DNA of 63,892 nt, the filler included, from Octopus bimaculoides (Eukaryota), in NCBI RefSeq assembly GCF_001194135.2. It is 6 parts of 5 records of this genome, joined end to end, with 100 filler letters (N's around TTAATTAATTAA, not from the genome) between each part and the next. Parts side by side here need not be neighbours in the genome. Positions count along the whole stretch, not along the records: positions 46,301 to 57,792 come from NC_068999.1; positions 57,893 to 63,892 come from NC_068999.1; 4 more parts are not named here. The stretch is one strand, 5' to 3'. The translations under genes were made by a program, and so were the position numbers. A model generated the notes under the pieces. That model saw nothing but the letters and a program-made list of their open reading frames with translations, was not told the DNA's origin and made no database searches. Within the stretch, counting starts at the first letter, position 1. Each line of letters opens with the position of its first letter. Shown one piece after another: positions 50,832-63,892 of this stretch.

Positions 50832-52730
50832 GTATTTATATATCCACGCATACACACACTCACACACACACACAAACACACACATATACATATACATATA
50901 TATACACATATAGCTACACACGTGCGATCGCACACATACACACACACCGACACAAACACACACTCTTTTTTCGAAACATTTTTTATAACCAGTGAATTTG
51001 TAGACAACAATATTGTCATAAATATTCCAAGAATTACAATTTATCTCTGATTGGCAAATTGGCAACATACCGTCTTGTGGATATTGTTATCGATTCAATG
51101 TGTACGTCCATGAGACAAATGGTTTTTCCATAGAGAAGATGCACAATGTAGAAGATGTCTGACATACTTTTTTGTTTCATTGAAGAATGTAATGTATATC
51201 CGGATGTCAGTCTTGTTTGGGGTCGTTCACGCTGATTCTATACGTCGCTATAACTTAAAAGTTTAATATTGTTTAAGAGACATCTCTTTATATATTTTTT
51301 TCAATGAAAATAGAGTGTTTTATAATATAAACGCTGTCAATACAAGAATACAAATGTTGAAAACCGATTTTATCTTTATGAAATAGATAAAGAATTAAAG
51401 TTTTTATTTATTTATATTCATCAGGCAACTATGTCCTGGTAATCATAGACTTTTAGCCCCCGTCTCTAGGAATTAATAGTTCCCGAAATGTAACAAAAAC
51501 AGGGTCTCACATTCCTTCTACTTTTAAATGAGGATCTAAAGTCTTATGCGGATGTGATGTTATGAAATACATATTCATTTGCGTTATGTTTACTATTACT
51601 GACGAAATGTTGGATTAGAGTGGATTACAGAGAGGAATCCTGGCGAGTTATCAATTACCATTGATATCTAGCCCGTTTGCAAACGCTGCCGGAAAAAAAA
51701 TTCCCACTGAGGGAGGCTAACTGTGTATGAATATGTATCTGTATATTAGGTAGTCTTGCAATGAATGTTTCTCTGTCGACTGTTTGCGGCTAAGAACTAT
51801 CTGGATTATATTGTAGTAATTGCTGTTCAACATTTATCTCTGTAGAAGAAGAAGAGGTAAACAATTGTTGATGAATTTGATAAAAATGAAGGCGGACGTA
51901 TAAAACTATTAGGAAGATACAGTGATAGTTGAAGAGGTTGCAATTATTTTATTATGTTCAATTTCTTACATTTATTTTATTATATAGTCATTTGTAATCA
52001 GTTACTGTAATGAAAACATAACAATAAACTGAAAATGTATAACCTACCTCCTGCTAGCATAGAAATAAACATTATAGCCATAGGTGCATGCGTGGCTCTT
52101 TGGTAAGAGTGATGCCATTCAGCTACATAGCTCTGGTTCTTTTCCACTGCGTAGAATCTTTCGCAAGTGTCTTCTAAGATGGCAGCAGTCGACAAGTCTT
52201 GCGGGTGTATTTGGAAGAAGGAATCTAGGCGTAGCCTATCTTGAGTGTGTATGTATGTTTGTGTGTTTGCATTTCTATGTATATGTAGGATGTGTGTGCG
52301 TGTGTATTCGTGTCAGTATAGTATGGTTTGAATATGCGTTTTTATGATTGTCTCCCAACCAACCATTTTTATTGTCTTTAATTCGCTCTAGCTTCCTGGG
52401 TTTGCAAAATATACCAATGGAATAACAACCAGAGTTACAAATAAAGACTGGGTTCGACGGAAGCCTTGAAAACGTCGCATCGCACCAGCATGGTCGCAGT
52501 CTAATCACTGGCGCAAGTAAAATCATGGAAAGATATAGGAAAGCAGATAATACATTTTGTGGTTGGGCGGGATAAACTCAAATATAAACTTAAAGAGAGG
52601 TGAATGGGATAAAATTAAAATTCAAATACAATGCTGAGGAAAGCGCAAACAGAAGTAGTGACGCCACTGAGTATAAGTCCTGCTGATAGTGGAATATGGA
52701 TTCGAAAATTAAGCATCATATATTCCTGTC

Positions 52731-52962
52731 AGCGAGCTGGCAGAATGTTTAAGCACGCCGGGCGAATGCCTAACGGTGTTTCGTCTGCCGTTACGTTCTG
52801 AGTTGAAATTACGTCGAAGGTCGCTTCTTGCCTTTCATCCTTTTTGAGTCGATGAAATAAGTACCAGCTGTACACTGCGGCCGATGTAATCTACTTAATC
52901 TCTTTGTCTTCCCTTGTCTGTTCCCTCTTTATTTATCCACCATTGGGCAATGAAGAAATAAA
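52731..52962 (+). mobile_element. tRNA-derived SINE, family A
   Basis: gcgagctggcagaatgtttaagcacgccgggcgaatg..gttacgttctgagttgaaatt..tcatcc..aataagtaccag; its 3' variant matches the 43279 copy. Confidence 0.85.
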
Positions 52963-53295
52963 TATAACGTTAAAAATAACCATATCACCGAGATCTCAAA
53001 ACAACAACAAAATGCCAATGTGAATAAGAAACATAAAACTTTAATTCTCCACTATACGTAACCCAATGTCTCTGAATACATAATCGCTTACTGTGGAAAA
53101 TATACGCGTTTGGTAAACATGCTAGAAATACCGAGGTCCATATATCGCACTAATATTAGAGTTATGAAAATCAAGAGACTGCCTAAGCATTGATTATATA
53201 TTTGATTAATATAAGGTTGACTTTGGGCTAAATACCTATTGCCATAACAACTATCTCAGCCGATACATTAACTAACAGACGTTATTTCATTTCAG

Positions 53296-53412
53296 CACGC
53301 GACTATATTGAATTACAGAATATTGAAATGCGAAAATGGAAAACAGAAATATATATACACAGGCTATAATAATATTTCTGACTGTAGTACAGTTCTTGAG
53401 AATAACTGCTGA
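53296..53412 (+). CDS. Candidate terminal coding exon, unverified
   Basis: Branch-like ctaac (53272-53276), then gttatttcatttcag acceptor; phase-0 frame HATILNYRILKCENGKQKYIYTGYNNISDCSTVLENNC*. Confidence 0.2.
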   Translation, partial: HATILNYRILKCENGKQKYIYTGYNNISDCSTVLENNC

Positions 53413-54257
53413 ACAATCAAATGGCAACCGTTATTGTAAAGATTGTTAGGAAATATTAATGGAATAAAAAAAATAGAATACGTAAAATTGAATAGCCGAA
53501 AGGAAAATTAAATACCACAAAACTGGTTTTAGCTTTTTCAATAATAGTCATGCTTTCAAAATATTATATACAATGACTTGTCCTCACTCATCTACTTATT
53601 CACTCATGCATGAACTGAAACACAAATACGACAATCCCCCTAAAGACACTGCACTTTCGCACAGAGACACCCCACCACACACATATATACATGTATATAT
53701 NNNNNNNNNNNNNNNNNNNNNNNNNNNNNNNNNNNNNNNNNNNNNNNNNNNNNNNNNNNNNNNNNNNNNNNNNNNNNNNNNNNNNNNNNNNNNNNNNNNN
53801 NNNNNNNNNNNNNNNNNNNNNNNNNNNNNNNNNNNNNNNNNNNNNNNNNNNNNNNNNNNNNNNNNNNNNNNNNNNNNNNNNNNNNNNNNNNNNNNNNNNN
53901 NNNNNNNNNNNNNNNNNNNNNNNNNNNNNNNNNNNNNNNNNNNNNNNNNNNNNNNNNNNNNNNNNNNNNNNNNNNNNNNNNNNNNNNNNNNNNNNNNNNN
54001 NNNNNNNNNNNNNNNNNNNNNNNNNNNNNNNNNNNNNNNNNNNNNNNNNNNNNNNNNNNNNNNNNNNNNNNNNNNNNNNNNNNNNNNNNNNNNNNNNNNN
54101 NNNNNNNNNNNNNNNNNNNNNNNNNNNNNNNNNNNNNNNNNGTATGTATGTATGTATGTATGTATGTATCTCTCTATCTATCTAAATATATATGCGCTGA
54201 AAAGATTGCTTTCCAACCACATTATTCTGGATGATGATGATGATCATCATCATCCTC

Positions 54258-54302
<45 letters not shown>

Positions 54303-54324
54303 GTAATGATAATGATAATAATAA

Positions 54325-54585
54325 GTGTCTTAATAGCTGCAGACGATCAAGTATTATGAACTAATTGGCTAAAACCCAAGATAGGCAAAACACCAAGTAG
54401 ATTCCCAATGTAGATTAAGCAGCTCAAAGGAGGAAAGCCTTACTCATAGAGTAAGCGAATGTAGCATGCTAGCAGAGAAAGTGTACAAGGAAAGACATGT
54501 CAATCTAGGAAAAACAATTGAAAAGGAGTTATGTAGAAAGCTAGGATATGAAGATATGGATAAACGTTATGACTATAAAACTAGT
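54325..54585 (+). mobile_element. R4/Dong-like fragment, CCHC zinc-knuckle region
   Basis: IAADDQVL*TNWLKPKI(fs)QVDSQCRLSSSKEESLTHRVSECSMLAEKVYKERHVNLGKTIEKELCRKLGY matches R4 AAQDQAL.TN....I.......CRLC....E...H..S.C..LA...Y..RH; begins after (AAT)n. Confidence 0.85.
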
Positions 54586-56894
54586 TAATTGTGCCCTATC
54601 AGTATTTGCAAAGGGAAGTGATCTTTCACATCTCCAACCTCACGGGCTACACACGGACCCGAGTTTGTGTTGTAGATTGATCTTAATATGATTGAATGAC
54701 TTTATAGGCTACGATGTTGCTTCTCATATACTTCCAGGCCAAGCCGAAGGGGTTTGCAATGTTGATAATGAAAATCTAAGAGATTTGACGTGAACAATAG
54801 TTGTTTGACATGGATTACATTGGAGCCATTAGCAGGGGTACACATATACATCACGACATATATCAATGATTTACGTTAGCATGCGTTGATCAGTGGAATA
54901 AGGGGACGCAATGAGCGTTAGGAAAATGGGAAAATGGGAACAGAATAAACATTGATAGTTGAAACATTATAACATTTCAACATAATATCATATTAAGCAA
55001 ATATAACAACCTATTCAATAATTAGTGCTTTAGCTAATTAATTCTATTGTATCGAAAGCAATAAAGTTATTAAGTAGTTTTGACTGACGGATTTGAAGAC
55101 AAAATAGGAGTGATAAGGAACAAGTATTATGGTCTACAGAGCAACAGCAGTATACATTTCCAATAGATTAAGGGATAAACCGAACGATGATTTGGTAAAC
55201 AAATAGTTCCTCACTGGCAATTACAGAACGCAGTTGAGGAAACACAAATGAGATGCTGCTTATAGATACGATTGGACAATTAATTATGAATGTGTTTAAG
55301 CTACGGGAGAAATGGCATGAAAATGGAAAGAAACATAACAAATTTAGTACGTATATTAGGGGGTGAATATTAGACAATGCTGTATAAATGGATGTGAGTA
55401 ACGATATATATATGTTGGGGAAAAACATTAATCATAGAAGACTGACGGAACCTGAATGAATAATAACGAAAGAAATGGAAATGTACGTAGGTGGAAATTC
55501 AATTATGTTGCTTAGAAAACCGTATAAGATGATGCCAATACTCTATCCAGATGGAAATGCATGAACCGTGTGAGATATTAAAGGTAATGGACTAAAATAT
55601 TTCCCAATGAAATTTAGAATTAGATCTCAAGAAAAATGCAGCAAAGATTAGGTGTGAAACGCCATAAAATTAAGCGTGCAAGACCTAAAATAAAATAAAT
55701 AATAAACGTATACGAAAGTAATGAAGCGAAACACAGAAAACAGTTGGGTAATATAACCTGGAATAATACGAATGAAGCTCCACCGTTAAGGGTTAAATGG
55801 CATGTACCAGGTAGTATTAGAAAAATGTTTAGAGAAAATATGCCAAACTTTGAGTATCTTCACGATCTACCCTGTTAAGTGTTGGATTTGATACTCTTAA
55901 AAGAGAGGGAAGCTTGCACACTAACGATGAAAATTGCAGATGTTCACGGAAAGTAAAACTTTAAGGATGTTTTCAAATTATCTTAATTACAGCAGTGAAA
56001 GTGGTATGCGCGACATTACATTCAAATATTATATTTTATTATATCATATTGAAATATAATTCAAATATTCTTAAAAGCATGTAAAAGCATGGGATATTGA
56101 AGGGGAATAGAGGAACTAAATATGTATTATATGTGAATACAAATTATCGGGATACAAATGCATTAAAATATGATATGATAGCAAATAATTCGTATGGAAA
56201 CATGCAGAAGTGATGCGATGTATGTTAAAATATAGAACATTATCAAAAAATACAAAAGAAAGTTTCGAAATATATAGCAATAACACAATATAGATATTTG
56301 AAAAAAAATATTGAATATATAAACAGACAATAATCGAATACAATCAGCACAAAAAAACAAAAAAAAACAGAAATGACATCATCAGAAAAATAGCCGTGTG
56401 CCCAAACCATGTACATATGAGAATTAAAAATAGCTTCTATACAGTATAGGTGATGAAATGGTTGAGACGATTAATAGCTGACGATGTAGCGAAGAAAGAT
56501 CATGCAAGCCTATAGAAAAATTGAAGCCACATATGATTACTAATGCTATTTAACTCATCAAAGTGAAAGAATGAGTTTAAAGTTTAAAACAGTAATATTC
56601 TGCAATGACATTTAAGAGTCACAACATGAAGTAAAAATTGCTTTAAAGATATTTACCTGAAGTCTCATTATACTTTTGCTGGCACCGGAATCTCTGTTCA
56701 TATGTTGACTCTATCACATCTATATTTTTTGTAATTTCGAGTCCCTAGATTTTGGCATAGAATGTGGTCTTATGTGTATTATATATTTTTAATATATTAT
56801 TACACATAAATAATCAATAATAAGACTGGATAAACTACCAAACTATAGTATAGCGCAATAGCAACGTTGTTATATATTTGTTTGAGAATGCAAA

Positions 56895-57198
<304 letters not shown>

Positions 57199-57954
57199 GC
57201 ACCGGGCTGAATAACAACATGGATGTGCTACACCGGGCACCCTATACAAAAACAAATCTAATCCAATAACATCGATGGAATTAGGCAAAAGAACCGGTGG
57301 AAGATTTGAAGGAAGCGGTCTTTTAACGAAGATAATTTTAAAAAAAATATTTTTTATTCTTAAAAAAATGAAAGTTCACTGCCATACAAAGCACAGGTCC
57401 TCCTATGCACGATGTCTCAATGAAACACGTGCGATAACACACGCAAATCCAACACCGGAAAGTTTACAAACTATATAAAAAAGAAATGGAACAAAATAGT
57501 AAGTACATATATTGAATAATTACGCATAGACTCGAACGTGTACACAATGATATATACGTTTTGATACCCATAGAACTACACATGCATCTTAATGTTTACA
57601 CAACTACGTGAAAATCACAGGACACACTCACGCATACGAAAACACATATCACAAACGAAGCAAAACCCAAACTTTTTTTTTCTTCTTTATTTATTTTCAT
57701 TTTGTGAACAAACACAGACAGTGAACCATTCATAAGTTTAAAACGCCACACACACACAAAAAAAAATATACACTATGCCCGGAGATAAATCTNNNNNNNN
57801 NNNNNNNNNNNNNNNNNNNNNNNNNNNNNNNNNNNNTTAATTAATTAANNNNNNNNNNNNNNNNNNNNNNNNNNNNNNNNNNNNNNNNNNNNAAGAAGAA
57901 GAAGAAGAAGAAGAAGAAGAAGAAGAAGAAGAAGAAGAAGAAGAAGAAGAAGAA

Positions 57955-58547
57955 ATGCCCGGATACAGTACCAGGCAGTGACTCTCATGGCTTCTGATCT
58001 TAATTGATTGGAAGTGTTATCATGTACATTGTTTTGTCATGGTATAAAAGATGGGCTTCAGCAAATATTCTGCTTAATATCACAGATTTGCTTGTCAATT
58101 GTTTGACCATAACCAGTTGCTTGACCTTAACCAGTTGCTTGACCTTAACCAGTTGAGCATGTCCCTTGGTGGCTGACGATATGTGCATCTCTGATCATGA
58201 GCAGAAGTAGTGGGGGAGCATGATAGCCATGTGTTGAGAGGAATTCTTTGGGATTTGAATAATTCACCTCTGGAAGCAGGGGTGTTTTGCTCAACATCCT
58301 TAAACAAACCTTATTCAGGGACCTTTTGAGCGGGATGGGCTACTCGACCTGAAGAAAAATCTTACTCGGCCCCCACATGCAAAGTCATGCGCTGTTTATC
58401 TTGATATGAGATCACCATGTAGCGCACATATAGTTGTGATGCATGTGACTGGTGTACCCTTATCAGACGGGTAGTCATGATAGGTATATTGGACTTCGTA
58501 TATTTTACCCCAGTGTCACTTTGATGGCATGCACTGCTCTCTCACTC

Positions 58548-58550
<3 letters not shown>
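57955..58550. mobile_element. Repeat family E, longest copy, between (GAA)n and (AAT)n
   Basis: Contains both the 37780 and 36671 segments; internal 18-bp unit ttgaccttaaccagttgc x3 near 58103-58156. Confidence 0.85.
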
Positions 58551-58600
<50 letters not shown>

Positions 58601-58863
58601 TAATAATAATGATAATAATGATAACATCTTTTTGGTTATTCATTTTGAATATTTACTCATTCTTATATACACACACACACCCGCCCACGCATACACACGC
58701 GCGCGCCCACACGCACACACACACACACACACACACATTGGATAATAAAACGAATGGTTTACACATGATAGCTTACCGGTAAAGAATGGTCACTTTCACA
58801 GTGATCGTTATGTATATGACAAATGAAAGACAGAATATGGAATACACGAGAATTTATTATTAA

Positions 58864-59340
58864 TCATGTGTATTGTTTCAACACATCTAACTATCATCAA
58901 TCCCTCACGGGTGGGACACTCAACAACTGGTTCAGGAGCAGCGGGTGGTGCAGTTGTTTCTCATCGGGTAATAAATAGACACATCTCGTTAAAAGAAGTT
59001 CCGCAATGTAACTTCTTATTTTATAGAACGAAAAACAGCCAGACGGAGGAAATATCTTCATTTACATAGAAGATCAGAAATAAAAACACAGATGGAAGAA
59101 AGAGAAACCCAGCGAGAAAAGTATTTTTGATCTACGTAAATGAAGATATTTCCTCCGTCTGGTTGTTTTTCGTTCTACAAAATGAGAAAGTACATTGCAG
59201 AACCGTTATTTTAACGAGATGCGTCTATTTATCACCCGACAAGATACATCTGCACCATCCGCTTCTTCTGAACTAGTTGCTGAGTGTCATACCAGTGAGG
59301 GATCGATGCTAGATGTGTCGAAACAATATTCGTGATAAAT
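58864..59340. mobile_element. Long fold-back (arms about 215 bp, spacer about 40 bp) with hammerhead motifs at the outer ends
   Basis: 58864-59082 is the reverse complement of about 59122-59337 (e.g. agacggaggaaatatcttcattt / aaatgaagatatttcctccgtct). Confidence 0.88.
59227..59340 (+). ncRNA. Degenerate type I hammerhead-like motif
   Basis: atttatcac CCGACAA gatacatct [loop] agatgtgtc GAAAC aata TTC gtgataaat: 9-bp stem I and 9-bp stem II. The mirror arm has core CCGATGA (plus-strand tcatcgg at 58961-58967). Confidence 0.6.
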
Positions 59341-59456
59341 TATAAGTTCTCATATATTCAATCTTCCGGCTTTCATGCCATATACATACATACAAACTTA
59401 CATGCATATATATATATGTATATGTATATACATATACATATATATATATACATGTG

Positions 59457-59493
<37 letters not shown>

Positions 59494-62048
59494 NNNNNNN
59501 NNNNNNNNNNNNNNNNNNNNNNNNNNNNNNNNNNNNNNNNNNNNNNNNNNNNNNNNNNNNNNNNNNNNNNNCCGGCTTTCATGCCATATACATACATACA
59601 AACTTACATGCATATATATATATGTATATGTATATACATATACATATATATATATACATGCATCCCAAAAAGTTAGGGGTTGTGAATCCAACCAACTAAG
59701 GGATAATATCTATCCAATATACTGCTGGAAGAATAGTATTTTTTCATTGCATGGCAATTACATTACCAAGTGCAATAAATGGGCGCGGGTAAAAAGTTAT
59801 TTTACCATTAATTTATATAGTAATAAGAAAATGGAGGGGAATAGGTGGTATTCATCAACTTGCAGACATTCTATTGTGTCAATTTACTTGTTTATTTGTT
59901 TACTAAAAGGACAATAATAACAATATACAAACACATGTGACATATGATGTCATGTTAGTAATTAAAAAATGACTTGTAGTGACAGAAAATGAGATAATGA
60001 CTTAAAGCTGTTTCAGTCTAGATATGACATGCCTCATTCTATTTATATCACTCCAGTAGACTGAAGTAATTAATAGATAAAATAGATGAAATAGAGGTAC
60101 ATGGATGATTCTCTAGGCCTCTTCAGAAGTTTTATAAAGTTCATAAGGTTAAGTTATAAATATAAAAATATAAAAATATAAAAACCGTAAAAACACATTT
60201 ATATGTATAATTTAACATATACATAGATATACATAAATAAACATAAATTCATAAATACATATATGTACATTTAAATGTACAAACACAAATGTCCATACAT
60301 GCACACAAATGAATCAATTATTATTGTTATTATTATTATTAGATGTATAGTATTATACATGTTAAGTAAAATGTAAACAGAGGTGTGAGAAGGTTATAAG
60401 GAAGTTATACGAGGAGTAATATTGCAATTTATAAAAGCAATATATATTAACATTTTTTCTATGTAAGAATGAAACTGTGTATACATGAGGAGGACACATA
60501 TTTATACACATTCACACATACATACATACACATATGTATACATATACATTTCCGTAAAGACAAGCTCAGGTACATACGCATTAGTTGCGTTTGGAAAGGA
60601 GTATTGGTGCATTATTCCGTATCGTTATAATTCCAACAAAAATATCCAAACCTATATATATATTTTTTTTTACATCAAAAACCTATGAGGTACAAACATA
60701 TTAGTTGTGTTTGGAATGGAGAAATTTATGCAATTAGTTTGTAAGAATTCTAACAATAATATCCAAACTTCTATAAACCTGTGATGAGTTATTCCGTTAT
60801 TGTTTTGTTTATGGAGTAGTTTGAATCCCGCTGGTAGGGGGGAGGGGTTATTTTTGCTGTTCAGTCCCCTCATCTAATTGGTCATCTATTGTTTCAAAAT
60901 GTCTCGACTTAGCTACGGTTGGACAACCAATAACCGGTAAAATAAGTTAGGCATAAGTATATATATACCTATACATATACATACACACACATGTGTATAT
61001 ATACGTACACATATACGCACACAGACGGACATACATACTCACATACCTATATATATATCTATATAAATGGATTGTATATAAATAACACAAAAACTCAACA
61101 AATTATCGGAAAGTTTATATGCGGATATAAATATCCGCATCCATATATGCACACATACACATATACATATACATACATATACACATACATATATACATAC
61201 ACGTACATGTACGTTCTCATACCACATACATATATGTACATATCTGAATAAAAGGTTAAAGAGATATACTAAGATTATATAATATAAGTATAATACAAAT
61301 GAGAGATAAGTTGTTACAAATCTAATTAACACCTATACGACATTCCGGGGATAATATTTAATATACTATAGTATATAAGAGATAATTTTATTTTGTGTAT
61401 AAGTCTAACTTACTACGTTACTACTATATTTATTAACTTCAATGGGGACTATATAAAACACATGCCGACAGTTAGTTAGACCAAACTAAAACAAGGGGCA
61501 AAACAACAAAACAATAAAACTGATCGTATATATCTTCCCAGTATGTTGTCGTTAATCGCTAAGATTTCGTCTAAAATCCAATCTCCGATTACTCACTAAA
61601 ACTCCTTCATATATAAATTATACCTACATATTTCCAAATTGTAGTTATTATTGGTAAAAATACGATCAGAAGCTATTGTACCCGACAAATTGCCTCAAAT
61701 TATTTAAAAAATTTATTATGTCTGACAGCAAGATTCCCTATATAGTTGAGTCACTTAACTAATAAACTCCTAAGGTAGTTATTCATAAAATTAGCCATTC
61801 GTCTATTTATATATCCAATTACTTCTACTGTTAAATTTATATTTGAGACATTTTTTTATTTTCCAAATATGAGGGAAGGGAAGTAACCCTAGATTTGAGT
61901 ATCCTCAATAACTTATTAATCTAACGACTAATTAACCAATCCATCGGTCCACCAATCAATCAGCCAATCACTCAATCACTCAATCAATCAATCAATTCAA
62001 ACTCTGGTTTAAGAATAGGGTTACATACCAGGGTTCATAACTAAATAC

Positions 62049-62066
62049 CTACCCATGCATATACAA

Positions 62067-62137
<71 letters not shown>

Positions 62138-62270
62138 GCACACCCACATATATACAATCATCTATATACATACATACATACACATACACATACACACACA
62201 TATATACATACATACATACATACATACATACATACATACATACATACATACATACATACATACATACCTA
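62049..62270. repeat. (TACA)n/(TA)n microsatellite cluster
   Basis: Direct read. Confidence 0.9.
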
Positions 62271-62905
62271 CACATCCTCATACACAAAAATATCAGCAGA
62301 AAACAATCACATATATATGTTTATCTTAACATACATACATTTGTATTCATAAACCAATATATATACATACACATGTACATGTAGGTATGATAGATCGCTA
62401 ACCACTACACACATTTTTCTCTCCTTTTTCTCTCTCCTTTTTTTCTCCATGTTTCTCTACATATAGGTATATTTTACTTACTTAATTGCCTGTACAAATA
62501 TATACATACCTAGATATAAGTACATACCTACCTAAAGCTTCATATATGTACATATATAAATACATACATTTGAACGCATACAGTTACATCATATACCTAC
62601 AAATGTTTACAAATGTACAAATATACACATACATTCACATATAAATACATCTATATATACATATATATACATACACACATATTCATATAAATACATATAT
62701 AAATACAGAAGTTGTATTTATAGTAATAAATACTCACAGATATATGTATGCCCACAATTATATAACTATATCTAACTAAATATATATCCTCATTTATATA
62801 CATCTGCATAATTATCATATGTTAGCTAATACAATATAAAATAGTAATAATGGTTAACTCTAAATAATTACTATTACGTCAGAAGTGGTATTTCAAAACT
62901 GGGTT

Positions 62906-63330
62906 CTATTTATATTTAGAGAAAGTAAACCCAATTTTATGAAGACAGGAAACGTTACGTTCATTCAAGCGGAATTTTGGCCCTAATTAGAACAAAATTT
63001 CATTGATGCATAATAAGCATTTTCTATTTTTATTATTGTACGCAGGTGCAGATGCTAATATTTTCCAGTGTAAATTATAGTTAATACTCATATCTTTAAG
63101 TTCCCATAGGTAGCTACTTAACCAAGTAGAATTTCTCCTATTTCTGTTTCTAAACGTATAATTGTGATAATTAAGTCTGTTTCATATTGTTTTTAGTCGC
63201 ACCTACATATACCCTACTATCATATTTTGTACTTACTATATATTGATATACTACCTCGTTTCTAATGCACTTATTTTTAAATACACAATTATTACTTATA
63301 CTACAATTATATGTTCTTCGTTGTTGCACA
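62906..63330 (-). mobile_element. Penelope-like GIY-YIG endonuclease domain, frameshifted
   Basis: RTYNCSISNNCVFKNKCIRNEVVYQYIVSTKYDSRVYVGATKNNMKQT(fs)NYHNYTFRN..NSTWLSSYLWELKD..YNLHWKII(fs)APAYNNKNRKCLLCINE..LNERNVSCLHKIGFTFSKYK*. Confidence 0.88.
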
Positions 63331-63534
63331 GAGTTTATGTGATTGGTGTCAATATTTATCATATTATTACTATTTCTTTGGTTATTGTTGATCCAAATGA
63401 TGTTATTATTGCTTATACTATTATTATCATCAATGTTAGTATTATTACTACTATTATTATTAATACTTCCATTGTTACTGATATTATTATTATTTTTATT
63501 TTTATTGTTATTATTTCTATTATCATTATTATTA

Positions 63535-63892
63535 TTATTATTATTATTCAGTAGTTTTATTTTTATAACGTACTTTCACTTCACTACCGAGCGCAGCTCT
63601 GTGCGCCTTGGGTATGTGCTGTGGTTTGCTGTGGTGCTCTTATGTTTACTGTATTGAAAGTGTTTTGCGTAGAATGTGTGCAGTACCCAGTAGTGCAATT
63701 TTCTGTATGTTATATATATTTGTAAGTCCTGGTGTTTTTGTTATGTATTTGTCTGAATATTTTTTTATTATACCTAAGGCACCTACTATGATAGGAATTG
63801 TTTCTGTTTTTAGATTCCACATTCGAGTTATCTCTATTTCCAGGTCTTTGTATTTTGAAAGTTTTTCCATTTCTTTTAGAGAAACGTTGTCA
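63535..63892 (-). mobile_element. R4/Dong-like element 3' end: RLE C-terminus, 3' UTR and (AAT)n tail
   Basis: EKLSKYKDLEIEITRMWNLKTETIPIIVGALGIIKK...IQKIALLGTAHILRKTLSIQ* is open and typical of R4-clade RLE, followed by a UTR of about 105 bp and aataataat. Confidence 0.92.

Noticed and set aside
54960-56560. Purine-skewed stretch suggestive of an old LINE, including GDEMVETIN near 56455
   Set aside because: No ordered conserved motifs are recoverable by eye.
59367-59658. About 87-bp perfect duplication on both sides of an N gap
   Set aside because: Identical sequence flanking a gap is most simply an unmerged contig overlap.

Overview
AT-rich, gap-riddled eukaryotic scaffold segment made almost entirely of microsatellites, tRNA-derived SINEs and decayed transposable elements. 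The repeat repertoire resembles a cephalopod, probably Octopus; this is recalled from family features, not searched. No intact host gene is recognisable; nearly all listed ORFs are microsatellite or N-gap artefacts. Recognisable coding relics are Penelope-like element (PLE) RT and GIY-YIG pieces, R4/Dong-, CRE- and HERO-like RLE non-LTR retrotransposon pieces, a Tc1 N-terminus and a mariner C-terminus with its TIR. The main finding is a set of about nine type I minimal hammerhead-ribozyme-like motifs (six of them arms of inverted pairs) from roughly five sequence families. They sit mostly in long inverted repeats that look like PLE pseudo-LTRs, and two unrelated families carry a non-canonical CCGAYGA core. 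Also notable are a TA-flanked MITE whose interior is amplified as an 85-bp tandem array with one locally templated junction, and a weak two-exon candidate for a small secreted peptide. All alignments and folds were done by eye; nothing was computed or searched.
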